Positions 19,329-28,539 are shown, counted from the first letter of the stretch. The stretch is DNA of 43,775 nucleotides from Acidimicrobiales bacterium (GCA_035533675.1 DATLTI010000228.1:1-43775), one strand, 5' to 3'. Program-made: numbers and translations. Notes: a model not told the origin generated them from the letters alone.

Positions 19329-20255
19329 TCATACGGGCTCGAATCTATGCTGCGCGATTCCGTCACGCCAAAACTCGACGCTTGCCGCGAGTTCCTCGAC
19401 GACTAGATCATCGTCGCCCTCATGATGAGGAATAAATTCCAAAAACAGGTAGATATCGTCCGAAGTCCACGACTCTAGATATGTCAAGACCCGGTCACGA
19501 TCAACGCCCCCTGCCTGATTCGTGCGCGGTGTGAATGGGCCATGTTGATCCGAACCGAAAGTCGTCTGTTGAAGCTGAATGACGGGGGTGTTACGCCATT
19601 TCCTTTCCAGCCATGGGTCGAGAACGTCCGGTGCGTCATTCTGAGCCAATGCCACCGGATGTCCAAGGTCAAGGCAGAGCACCCAGGGTATGTCGCACGC
19701 ACTGAGTTGCTCTTCAAACCAAATGGCCTCGTCGAGTGAGTGTCCAGGTTCTCGCGCCACAGCCAGATTCTCAAACTGAAGATGATCGAGGCCGACGCTT
19801 GACGCGAACTCCGCGAGCCGTTTCATCGCTTCAATTTCGCCGGAAAGAAGTTCCTGACGCAAAGCCTCATCACCGAAGGCTCGGACGCTGAATGCACCGA
19901 TATGCCCTCCGGCCCCTCTCGCGCCGGATCTCGCAGCCAAACTGATCAAGTCCCGGTACCAGGTGTAGGCCGCCGACCGACCTCGCTCACTCTCGGCCAA
20001 CAGCAGATTTGATGCATAGGCACCAAGACCGGTGAACATGCTGTGGATCTGGACGCCTTTCGACTCCGCCACTCTTTTAACCTCATCCGCGTAGTCTTCG
20101 GCCGCATAGCTGCCCAGCGAGAGCGGAAGTAGATCGGCGCTGACTTGAGCAACCCCGAGGTGAAGGTCCTCGCTAATCAATCGCATCCAGTCCTCAGGTT
20201 CGGGCCAACGTTTAACCGCAAAGCACACGTTGATACCCAGGTGAACCTTTGGCAT
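19329..20255 (-). CDS. Sugar phosphate isomerase/epimerase (xylose-isomerase-like TIM barrel)
   Basis: 308 aa. Family-like strings LGINVCFAVKRW, ...HIGAFS..., LCLDLGH. ATG at 20255 has a GGAAGGGA RBS. Confidence 0.75.
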   Translation of the reverse strand: MPKVHLGINVCFAVKRWPEPEDWMRLISEDLHLGVAQVSADLLPLSLGSYAAEDYADEVKRVAESKGVQIHSMFTGLGAYASNLLLAESERGRSAAYTWYRDLISLAARSGARGAGGHIGAFSVRAFGDEALRQELLSGEIEAMKRLAEFASSVGLDHLQFENLAVAREPGHSLDEAIWFEEQLSACDIPWVLCLDLGHPVALAQNDAPDVLDPWLERKWRNTPVIQLQQTTFGSDQHGPFTPRTNQAGGVDRDRVLTYLESWTSDDIYLFLEFIPHHEGDDDLVVEELAASVEFWRDGIAQHRFEPV

Positions 20256-20333
20256 CAGCAAATTTCCCTTCCTGCTCTTTGGCGCGCCGCACGTTCGTCG
20301 GCCGCCCCGCCTGTTCGACTGAACGAAATGTTC

Positions 20334-20367
20334 TTAAATTACATTTAGATTGTGATAAAGTAACGCA
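20334..20367 (+). promoter_or_regulatory. Second copy of the DeoR-cluster operator-like motif (TTAAATTACATTTAGATTGTGATAAAGTAACGCA)
   Basis: Lies in the divergent isomerase / SDR intergenic region. An adjacent GAAC-GAAAT-GTTC palindrome sits at about 20320-20332. Confidence 0.4.
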
Positions 20368-20584
20368 ACTGTACCATTAATTTGCCGTGCCTCCCGCTTA
20401 AAACGTTGGGAAGAAATGAATTTGTAGCACTTGGTCAGGTCATCGGCGTGAGGTTCAGCGTTCGGGATCGGACATCGCGATACTGGTGGCGCCGGCAACG
20501 AGCAAGGGCTCGAGTAAGGGATTTCACCCAGAATTCGCAGCGGCTGTTGGCGAAGTTTTCATAACTATCGACGAGGAGATATTG

Positions 20585-21349
20585 ATGACCAGACCCATTG
20601 CGTGCGTGACGGGAGCCGGATCGGGCATTGGTGCCGCAATCGCGAGTGAGTTGGGCAAGCGGGGCAATCACGTCGTCGTTGCCGATATCGACATCGACGC
20701 CGCTCGCTCGGTCGCCACGTCACTCGAGAGTGCCCAAGCTGAGCGTCTCGACGTGACCGATCCGGTGGCCTGTGACGCGCTCGTAAAGGCAATCGTTTCG
20801 CAGCACCAGCGTCTTGATGTGTGGGTGTCAAACGCGGGGATCTCCAAGATGCAATTATTCGTCGATACCTCGCCAGAAGACCTTCGGCGAACTTTCGAGG
20901 TCAATGTCTATGGCGTGTTCTACGGGGGGCAGGCAGCGGCGCGAGCCATGATGTCGCTCGAGACGCCAGGGTGCATCATCAATACCGCGTCGATGGCCGC
21001 CAAGCAGGGTAACGTTCCCTTTCTTTCGGACTACGTTGCCAGCAAGTTCGCGGTTCTTGGCCTTACCCAGGCGATGGCTCACGAGCTCGCGCCTTATCGC
21101 ATCCGGGTAAACAGCGTTTGTCCCGGTTTCGTTGCGACGCCTATGCAGACTCGCGAGCTCACCTGGGAAGCACAGTTGCGCGGAACGAAGCCCGACTTCG
21201 TGAAACAGATGTGGATCGATGCCACGCCGCTACGACGCCTTGAGACTCCTGAAGACGTGGCCAAGGTGGTTGCGTTTTTGGCTTCCGACGACGCAACATT
21301 TCTCACCGGTGAATCAATCTCGGTAAATGGCGGCGCCTACATGGACTGA
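20585..21349 (+). CDS. SDR-family oxidoreductase (polyol/sugar dehydrogenase-like)
   Basis: TGAGSGIG cofactor motif, NAG, and YVASK active site. ATG at 20585 is preceded by a GAGGAG RBS. The track ORF from 20486 adds a non-SDR leader. Confidence 0.9.
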   Translation: MTRPIACVTGAGSGIGAAIASELGKRGNHVVVADIDIDAARSVATSLESAQAERLDVTDPVACDALVKAIVSQHQRLDVWVSNAGISKMQLFVDTSPEDLRRTFEVNVYGVFYGGQAAARAMMSLETPGCIINTASMAAKQGNVPFLSDYVASKFAVLGLTQAMAHELAPYRIRVNSVCPGFVATPMQTRELTWEAQLRGTKPDFVKQMWIDATPLRRLETPEDVAKVVAFLASDDATFLTGESISVNGGAYMD

Positions 21350-21451
21350 GTGGAGTTGATCTTCGCTCCGGCGAAGACACCTGTCTTCATTGAGCAGCTG
21401 AGACACCGTCTTCGTCGTATCGGGAATAGGCAGTCCGTCGTTGAAACTTCT

Positions 21452-21631
21452 TCAATTTGAGAATGCTGTCGCGCCGATTGTGAGTACTCCGAGCGAGCGT
21501 CGATCAGACGTCCGCTGATAAGTTAAACCGTCGCCGAAATCGCCCAGGAGCCTCATTTTCTCGTTGCTGACAGGCTTGAGGTTGACGCCAGGGTGCTGCG
21601 TAATCTTGGCGAGGATCAAACTGTTCTCCAT
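21452..21631 (-). CDS. Small hypothetical ORF (59 aa)
   Basis: ATG preceded by a GAAAGGGG RBS; no recognisable family; could be a gene fragment. Confidence 0.25.
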   Translation of the reverse strand: MENSLILAKITQHPGVNLKPVSNEKMRLLGDFGDGLTYQRTSDRRSLGVLTIGATAFSN

Positions 21632-21799
21632 CTCTACCACCCCTTTCTAGGTGGTGGCACGGCCCCCGATTCTCGTGGGTTTGGCCGCACTACCGAAACG
21701 GTGGTCGAAACAATGAAGGCGTCTAGCGCAATAGTCTCAAGATGAATAATCCGTCAGCACTTCCACCATTATTCCCCTCTACGATCGGCGGCTTTACCT

Positions 21800-23227
21800 T
21801 CATTTGCTGGTGCCTTCGGTTGCGGCCGGCATTGACCTTGAAATTGTGGTTAAGCCCATCATGCCCAGTGCCCAATAAGCGAGTGCGCAGAAGATTATGA
21901 CTGGCGCAGTCGCAGTCAAATAGGTGAAGACCTTTTCTCCAGAGTTGAAGTGGAGCCAACTCACGTACGACGTCCATCCACCGAGGAACAACCACATCAC
22001 AATGCCGACTCCCCAAACTCCAAATGCAACGGGGTTGAAACCTCTCTTGAACCAGTAGGGGCCCCCTTCGCCCTGGTACAGGCCCACCAAGTCAACACGC
22101 TGTCGACGCAGTAAGAAGTAGTCCCCCAGAGCCACGCCCCAATACGGTGCGATGAGTGCACCGACCACCGTAAGGATTGTGTCAAAGTTGCTCTGCAAGG
22201 TTCCCAAATAGATGAAGAAAATTGACGGAAGCGCGACCAGCCCAACGATCCAATGGTAATTCGCTTTCGGGAACGCCGTTTTGATTCCCATTGCGGAGCA
22301 ATAAAGGAGCATGGCGTTGTTGATCAAGGTTGAAAGGATGATGATCAACAGTGCCGGTATGCCCAAACCTGACTTGGTTGCCCAGACTGACGGATCACCT
22401 GATCCAGTGGTCAGTGTTGCTATTCCACCCACTATCGCAAAAAGAATGGCGATAAAACTTAGGCCTAACCAGGCACCCCAGAATGCCCCCCTTTCCGATT
22501 TCGCGAATCTATTCCACGCTCCCATGTACGGGAACCATGAGACCGCGTAGGCAACATTTGCCTCAATCGCATATTGCCAACTGACCGAGTGGTTTGCCTT
22601 GATCGACGAAATTTCATGCCACCCGTAGTGCGACAACTGCTTCCAGAGAAGTAGTAGTGCAAAGAGAATGAGGAGCGGCACTGTGAATTTGACCAAGGCG
22701 AAGACGGTCTTTGGCGAGATGTAGAGCATTCCTACCGGAAGCACAATTCCGCAACCAAGCGCGAAGATGGTGTACCAATGAAAGTTAGAGAAGTTGTACG
22801 CGTGCAACGCAGCGGCACCCGAATGTCCTGCAATCGAGGAAAGGATTCCGACCCAACCAAAATTGATTACAACGAGCATAATGATGCCTACGTACGCGCC
22901 AAAAGTTCCAAAAGATGATCGCATGCCTACGTATTCATCTACGCCATACCTTGCTGAGCGCAGCCCAGACATTGATGGGAAAAGGTTGCCAATGAGGCCG
23001 CCGGCGAAAGTGACCACAATCATCCCCACAGCTCCTAAGGCTGCGGCGTAGTACCCACCCAAAACGAAAGTAGTGAGCAGAATATTTCCACCACACCACA
23101 GCCAGAACATAAGGCCCGTGCCGGCGTAACGATCAACAGCCGGTATAGGAAGGAGGCCCTCCCCGTAATCGCTTGAACTGGGAATTATCTCGCCCGAACT
23201 CGTACCCATTGCGTCATCAATGGCCAT
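21800..23227 (-). CDS. NCS1-family (cytosine/purine/hydantoin-type) permease
   Basis: 475 aa with about 12 hydrophobic helices and an N-terminal region typical of NCS1/CodB-like permeases (LLPIPAVDRYAGTGLMFWLWCGGNILLTTFVLGG). Confidence 0.75.
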   Translation of the reverse strand: MAIDDAMGTSSGEIIPSSSDYGEGLLPIPAVDRYAGTGLMFWLWCGGNILLTTFVLGGYYAAALGAVGMIVVTFAGGLIGNLFPSMSGLRSARYGVDEYVGMRSSFGTFGAYVGIIMLVVINFGWVGILSSIAGHSGAAALHAYNFSNFHWYTIFALGCGIVLPVGMLYISPKTVFALVKFTVPLLILFALLLLWKQLSHYGWHEISSIKANHSVSWQYAIEANVAYAVSWFPYMGAWNRFAKSERGAFWGAWLGLSFIAILFAIVGGIATLTTGSGDPSVWATKSGLGIPALLIIILSTLINNAMLLYCSAMGIKTAFPKANYHWIVGLVALPSIFFIYLGTLQSNFDTILTVVGALIAPYWGVALGDYFLLRRQRVDLVGLYQGEGGPYWFKRGFNPVAFGVWGVGIVMWLFLGGWTSYVSWLHFNSGEKVFTYLTATAPVIIFCALAYWALGMMGLTTISRSMPAATEGTSK

Positions 23228-23248
23228 AATCTCTCCCCCCGAGAACTG

Positions 23249-23440
23249 TTAGTGAAGCATCCACCAAGTGGTAGTACCAAATACAACAAGCAAACTGAAT
23301 GCAAATGTTCCGAGCACCGTCGCGAGATTTACTTCGCCTCCGGGCTCGACCTTTCCAACGAACTGAGCAATTACGACCTGATGAACGAGGTCTTCTCGTC
23401 CCGTTGAATTACCTTCACCAGCGTCATTCTGTGACATCAT
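23249..23440 (-). CDS. Small single-pass membrane protein (63 aa), probably co-transcribed with the permease
   Basis: MMSQNDAGEG...VNLATVLGTFAFSLLVVFGTTTWWMLH has a C-terminal TM helix. A GAAGGGGGG RBS is present, and the stop is 21 nt before the permease start. Confidence 0.45.
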   Translation of the reverse strand: MMSQNDAGEGNSTGREDLVHQVVIAQFVGKVEPGGEVNLATVLGTFAFSLLVVFGTTTWWMLH

Positions 23441-23681
23441 CGCCCCCCTTCTGAGCAACATCGGAATTTCATTTACGTCCAATGAAAGCCTCTGACTATC
23501 TCAGTTGACTTGCACCGTACCATAGGTGTCTTTAGCATTGCAATAGATATAAATGCTGTCAGGGTGCCATGATTTAACTTCTCAAGGGCAGGCGAGTTCA
23601 GTGAGTCACACATTGCCCCACTCGGTTAGCCCAACTCGTTGGAGTTGCCACGCCGGTCGTTGCGCTGGCTTCCTGAACCAC

Positions 23682-23711
23682 TCAAGAATCGTCTCGTCAA
23701 GAATCATCTCG
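23682..23711 (+). repeat. Tandem 15-bp direct repeat TCAAGAATCGTCTCG / TCAAGAATCATCTCG
   Basis: Read directly; 1 mismatch; ends about 28 nt before the PNPOx-like ATG. Confidence 0.6.
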
Positions 23712-23739
23712 GAAATTGACGCAATCTACGAGTATCGCC

Positions 23740-24231
23740 ATGGTTAAGAATGACAAAATGAAATTCATACCCAACAATTCGCCGCAAGAAGTGCTCTGGT
23801 CAGAGGTAATTGCGCTGCTCTCTCCAACACGCAACTACTGGCTCAACACCATCAATCCAGACAACTCGCCCCATGTTTCTCCCGTCTGGGGAGCCGTCTA
23901 CAGCGAACGCCTCCACTTCTATACCTCGCGAACTACGGTAAAAGCACGTAACCTAACCCGAGATAGTAGAGCGGTGCTCCATCTTGAAAGCGCAGAAGAT
24001 GTGGTCATCGTCCATGGATTTACCGAAGATCTTGGAGAGCCGAGTCTCTCTAGTGCGGTCATGGCCGCGCTTGATACAAAGTACGACGAACCGGGTGATG
24101 TCGACTACCTCCCACGAGGCAATCAGTCGTTTGACGTGCTCTATCGCTTCGAACCACAGACAGCACTCCTGTGGCGGCTCGCGGATTTTGAAACATCACA
24201 AAGACGCTGGGCCGCGACGAAATCCCCATAA
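23740..24231 (+). CDS. Pyridoxamine 5'-phosphate oxidase-like (FMN/F420-binding split-barrel) protein
   Basis: YWLNTINPDNSPHVSPVWGAVYSERLHFYTSRTTVKARNLTRDSRAVLHLES matches the PNPOx-like split-barrel pattern. The start is uncertain (TTG 23716 / ATG 23740 / ATG 23758). Confidence 0.75.
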   Translation: MVKNDKMKFIPNNSPQEVLWSEVIALLSPTRNYWLNTINPDNSPHVSPVWGAVYSERLHFYTSRTTVKARNLTRDSRAVLHLESAEDVVIVHGFTEDLGEPSLSSAVMAALDTKYDEPGDVDYLPRGNQSFDVLYRFEPQTALLWRLADFETSQRRWAATKSP

Positions 24232-24367
24232 CGGAAGCGCCGAACTACGTGATTCACCAACCACGTGCGATTACAGATCCATGCATTCTTCAAGGGAGCC
24301 ATGAGATTCGCTGACACCTCTTCAATCTCATTTCGCACTTCTTCACCTGGCATTTTAATTCCGCAGG

Positions 24368-25783
24368 TCACCCGACAAACGACGTTGGGTCGAGCTCAGT
24401 GATGCGCGACACCAATCGGGATGGCTTCTTCCCCTGATCCTCGGAAGACTCTTTGCTTCGCATTGCTGCACGGACCATTCGACCCCCGAGCGCTCGAAAG
24501 GGTTCAAGAGGCAGCACAGTCTTGGGGGTGCGAATCATGGGACTTGTTCCCCATTCATCGTCTCGTCCTAACGCCCTCGATGCCAGAATCTGACCCCCGA
24601 TGTACGAGGGTCCAACGCCATTCCCGGAGAATCCACCACCGAAATGAACTCGCTCACTCCCACTAAGCGTTCCGAAAAACGGCAACGAATCTGATGAGTA
24701 ATCGACGGCGCCTGACCACATATTCGTTATCGCCACATCGCTCAGGACTGGATACGTCTGTCGGAACTGGTCGATCACCTGCGGCCCGCGTAAGGCAGTC
24801 GCCCAGACCGAACGGTTCATGTGAGCTCGGAATCCGAGTCGACCTCCACCCTTGCCGAAAACCACTCGACCGTCATTGGTCGGTCGGTAGTACTGCACCA
24901 ATCGCCGTGAGTCAGAGATTGCCAGTCCGGGTGTCCAACCCACTAAAGCAAGTCGCTCGGGAACTGATTCAGTAGCGATGACGTCGCTACCCAAGACGAG
25001 AAGATGGCGTCGAATTTCCTTATATCGAGCAAGCCAAGCGTTGGTTGCCAAAACTAACTGATCTGCAGTAATTGATCCCCCAGGCACATTCACTTTGACC
25101 GTTTGGGAAGTCACGTTGAAATCGAGCATTGGGGTTTTTTCCCAAACCTTCACCCCCGAGGCGATTGCTACGGCCCGCAGACCCCGTACGAGGGCTGCGG
25201 GCTGAACTGTTGCGACGCCCGACTCAAAGACGCCGGCAAGATGGCGTTCACTTCCACCCATGTCAAGCACTTCTCTTTGTGAGAGTTCACGAAATGGTGA
25301 TGCACCAACGGAAGCTAGGTCCTTGATGGTGTCGTTCCAGCTCCCCACTTGGCTCGTGTTCGTAGCGGTCCAGAGCCAGCCTGCGGGCATGAAATCGGCA
25401 TTGATGTGGTTGTTCGAACAGAATTTGCCGATCTGGGCAACGGCCTCTTGCGAGGCCTTGGCCAATCTCAACGCATCGTCAGTACTCATCATCTTCTTTA
25501 AGGTCGCGAACTTCGGCCACCAAGTCATGGCGAACCCGCCGTTGGCTCCACTGGCTCCAGCACCGCATATATCGGACTCCAGAACACCAACACGGGCCGA
25601 CGGTTCAGATTCAATTACTTTGATTGCTGTCCATAGCCCCGTGAACCCCCCGCCCACAATGCAGATATCCAGTCTTTCATCGCCATGAAGTGAAGGCTCA
25701 TCGTTGATTCCTTCACGCTCGAGAGTTTGCTGCATCCATAGGGGGCGACTTTCGCTGGACTGAAATTTCGCATCGTCTTTCAT
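24368..25783 (-). CDS. FAD-dependent oxidoreductase (DAO family; gamma-glutamylputrescine/amine oxidase-like)
   Basis: Dinucleotide fold DICIVGGGFTGLWTAI; about 470 aa, as for PuuB/OrdL-type oxidases; downstream of the aldehyde dehydrogenase on the same strand. Confidence 0.85.
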   Translation of the reverse strand: MKDDAKFQSSESRPLWMQQTLEREGINDEPSLHGDERLDICIVGGGFTGLWTAIKVIESEPSARVGVLESDICGAGASGANGGFAMTWWPKFATLKKMMSTDDALRLAKASQEAVAQIGKFCSNNHINADFMPAGWLWTATNTSQVGSWNDTIKDLASVGASPFRELSQREVLDMGGSERHLAGVFESGVATVQPAALVRGLRAVAIASGVKVWEKTPMLDFNVTSQTVKVNVPGGSITADQLVLATNAWLARYKEIRRHLLVLGSDVIATESVPERLALVGWTPGLAISDSRRLVQYYRPTNDGRVVFGKGGGRLGFRAHMNRSVWATALRGPQVIDQFRQTYPVLSDVAITNMWSGAVDYSSDSLPFFGTLSGSERVHFGGGFSGNGVGPSYIGGQILASRALGRDDEWGTSPMIRTPKTVLPLEPFRALGGRMVRAAMRSKESSEDQGKKPSRLVSRITELDPTSFVG

Positions 25784-25832
25784 AATCAATCGCTGTCCAG
25801 GAAAATTGTCAACGTTAGTTCGACACCTTTAA

Positions 25833-27266
25833 TCACGAAATGTCGAAGACAACAGTCTTCGTCTCAGTAAATGCGCTGAGTGCCCAAGAGGAGAGTTCAC
25901 GTCCGAGACCACTCGACTTTGCTCCTCCGAACGGCGCCAACTGGTCCCAATAATTCGTCGTCTCGTTGATCAACACGGTGCCATGCTGAAGTCCATCAAC
26001 GAACCGCCACGCATCACGAAGATCGTTTGTGAATGCAGCAGCGTTCAATCCGAACTCCGTAGAGTTGGCAATCTGAAGTGCCTCGTCGATAGTTCTGTAC
26101 TTGATAATCGGAGCAACCGGACCAAAAGTTTCGTCGCTGGCAACTAGCATTTCGTCGGTAACGTTGACAAGAATCGTCGGAGGGAACAGTCGTCCTCTAA
26201 GTTCAGCCGACTGGATGACTTTGGCGCCTTTGGCACATGCGTCATCGACGTGCGACACAACCTGCTTCAATACGTTGTCGTTGCAGAGCGGACCCATGTC
26301 CGTGGCTTCGTCAAGAGGATCGCCAAGGTTCAGTTGCTCGGTTCGCTCGATCAACTTCGCGACGAAAATGTCGTGAATCTCTTCATGAACTAACACCCGC
26401 TCGGCAGCCGTGCACACTTGGCCAGCCATGTAAAAGCAACCCGTAATGGTGGCTTCCACGGCTCGATCTAGATCGGCATGACGATGAACGATGATCGGTC
26501 CGTTCCCGCCAAGTTCGAGCAGTGTCCGTTTCAGACCCGCGCCGGCAGCCGCAGCTATCTTGCGGCCCACTCGGGTGCTTCCAGTAAAGAACAGACCGCG
26601 TACGTCAGGACTTTCAACCAAAGCCTCACCCGCATCGCTGTATCCCGGGACGTAGTTAAAGACGCCTGCGGGGAATCCCGCGTTCTCGAATATCTGGGCG
26701 TAGCGACGAGTGCTGCCGGGGCAGTACTCCGACGGCTTCCAGACGACCGTATTCCCTGCGATCAAGGCGTAGGTAATGGCGATGGCAGGAATATCGACGG
26801 GAAAGTTGAACGGTGAGATCACGCCGACGACACCCAGTGGATACTGCTGGACGAACATCCGCTTCTTGTTGGAGCGAGTCTCAGAGTTCGGCAACGTCAT
26901 GCCGCGAAAACGGAGCATGTCCTCTGCCGCGCGCCTGAAGTGCCCCCAGCCGTATTGCAACATTTCCTCTCGCGACTCGTGAATAGTCTTACCCATCTCA
27001 GCGCTAATCGATTGCGCGATCTCTTCGTTCGCCTCTTTGCAGAGTTCATAGGCCGAGTACATGAGATCGACTTTGTCAAGGAGTGGCGTGGCCGCCCAAC
27101 TGCTTTGGGCACGGCGGGCCGCGGATATCGCCTTCTCGATATCACTCGCCTGGCAAACTGAAAAGGTCCCCAACACCGAACCGTCATAGGCAGAGTGATA
27201 CTCGGCAGTTCCTCCGGCTCCACACACCCATTGACCATCGATGTACGCCTGAATTGAGTCTGACAT
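25833..27266 (-). CDS. NAD(P)-dependent aldehyde dehydrogenase
   Basis: LELGGNGP (catalytic Glu) and AGQVCTAAER (catalytic Cys). ATG at 27266 has an AAAGGGG RBS. The track start at 27314 adds 16 non-family residues. Confidence 0.9.
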   Translation of the reverse strand: MSDSIQAYIDGQWVCGAGGTAEYHSAYDGSVLGTFSVCQASDIEKAISAARRAQSSWAATPLLDKVDLMYSAYELCKEANEEIAQSISAEMGKTIHESREEMLQYGWGHFRRAAEDMLRFRGMTLPNSETRSNKKRMFVQQYPLGVVGVISPFNFPVDIPAIAITYALIAGNTVVWKPSEYCPGSTRRYAQIFENAGFPAGVFNYVPGYSDAGEALVESPDVRGLFFTGSTRVGRKIAAAAGAGLKRTLLELGGNGPIIVHRHADLDRAVEATITGCFYMAGQVCTAAERVLVHEEIHDIFVAKLIERTEQLNLGDPLDEATDMGPLCNDNVLKQVVSHVDDACAKGAKVIQSAELRGRLFPPTILVNVTDEMLVASDETFGPVAPIIKYRTIDEALQIANSTEFGLNAAAFTNDLRDAWRFVDGLQHGTVLINETTNYWDQLAPFGGAKSSGLGRELSSWALSAFTETKTVVFDIS

Positions 27267-27389
27267 CAGTGCGCCCCTTTCTAGCTTCGCTACTTCAACA
27301 TGAGCTGTAACCAACTTCTCGAACTTCGGTCCCCGTCGGTCATCTGCGACCGTAGGTTCTGTGTTACCGGCGACAATTCTTCGGGACCT

Positions 27390-27983
27390 TCAAAAACTTG
27401 GCGGCGTCGCCACGAACAGCAATTTCGCGGGCTCTCCACTGATCTCTCTTGCAAGATGCGGTGTTGAGCTTCGAAAAACAACTGAGTCCCACGCGCCTAG
27501 ATGAAACACTTGATCGTCGAGATGGAACTCGATCTTTCCCGCAAGAACCAACATCAACTCCTCGGAGTCACCGTGGACATAAGGTTCGTCACCCGTCGTG
27601 CCGCGAGGATTCAATTCGGTAATAAAGGCTTCAAGATTTCGGTCAAGCGCTGGAGTCAGGAGGTACTTTGTTCCCATATCTCCGAATGACAGAACCGGCC
27701 TGTCGCGCGCGTAGAGGACAGCGTGAACTCGATCGAATGATTCGTCGAAGAGATCACGCATTTCGACACCAAGTACCCCCGCCACCGAACGAAGTGTGGC
27801 GATGCTCGCATTCCCTACACCACGTTCTATCTGACTCAAGAACCCTTCACTGATGCCCGCAGACATTGCCACTTTAGATAACGTCAGTTTCCGAGCAAGT
27901 CGAATACGTCGTAAACGCTGACCAACATCAAACTCGTTAGAGTCATCCGATGCTAATTCCAATGCTGCTTTCTCTCGAGCCAC
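27390..27983 (-). CDS. XRE-family HTH plus cupin-domain regulator (PuuR-like architecture)
   Basis: N-terminal HTH (GQRLRRIRLARKLTLSKVAMSAGISEGFLSQIERG) and a C-terminal cupin (...HGDSEELMLVLAGKIEFHL...); heads the ALDH-oxidase string. Confidence 0.85.
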   Translation of the reverse strand: MAREKAALELASDDSNEFDVGQRLRRIRLARKLTLSKVAMSAGISEGFLSQIERGVGNASIATLRSVAGVLGVEMRDLFDESFDRVHAVLYARDRPVLSFGDMGTKYLLTPALDRNLEAFITELNPRGTTGDEPYVHGDSEELMLVLAGKIEFHLDDQVFHLGAWDSVVFRSSTPHLAREISGEPAKLLFVATPPSF

Positions 27984-28279
27984 GCCACCACCCTTAACTC
28001 AGACCTTTACTGCGACTATATAATGTCCTGAAGCAGTGCTCAAGTTATCTTAACCGCGCAATGAACGGGGTTTGTCCCAGTACTAGTTGACTCCTAATCC
28101 TGCAAGTATCGCCAGCCCGCCTTCTCCAGTAGATTTGCAAACCTTCTGACGAATATCTCGTCTGGCTTTGCGTGTCACACCCATATTTCCTGTTCACCAC
28201 CGCTTTCTGACGTCCAATTCTCGCCAGACCGTAGCACCTTTAGTCCACTGAAATTTGCCACTGAGCGCACAGGTTTTTG

Positions 28280-28302
28280 ACGTTGCTGACTGCGTTGCTG
28301 AC
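28280..28302. repeat. 23-nt unit CGTTGCTGACTGCGTTGCTGACG (copy 1)
   Basis: Internally two 11-bp-phased GCGTTGCTGAC units; identical to 28389-28411. Confidence 0.7.
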
Positions 28303-28388
28303 GAAATTTTTGCCCGTGCCCTTGCACGTTGTGCAAAGGGTCATTCGAAGTACCATCTAGAACCTCCATTGCATGATGCATTCCTCAT

Positions 28389-28411
28389 CCGTTGCTGACT
28401 GCGTTGCTGAC
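28389..28411. repeat. 23-nt unit CGTTGCTGACTGCGTTGCTGACG (copy 2)
   Basis: Perfect direct repeat of copy 1, 109 nt downstream. Confidence 0.7.
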
Positions 28412-28539
28412 GGAGTGGTGGTTCACTTCTGAGACCCGCGAAAGTCATCGCGAAACGCCCACGACAGGGACGAGTACCGTGCGCACCCCGTACCTCGCTT
28501 CGCCATCGACGTCGAGACTTCGCCAATCGAACGACCAAG

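Noticed and set aside
28140-28415. Possible CRISPR array, given the repeated GTTGCTGAC units
   Set aside because: The units are 11-23 nt and irregularly spaced, there are only two perfect copies, no cas genes are present, and there is no repeat-spacer periodicity.
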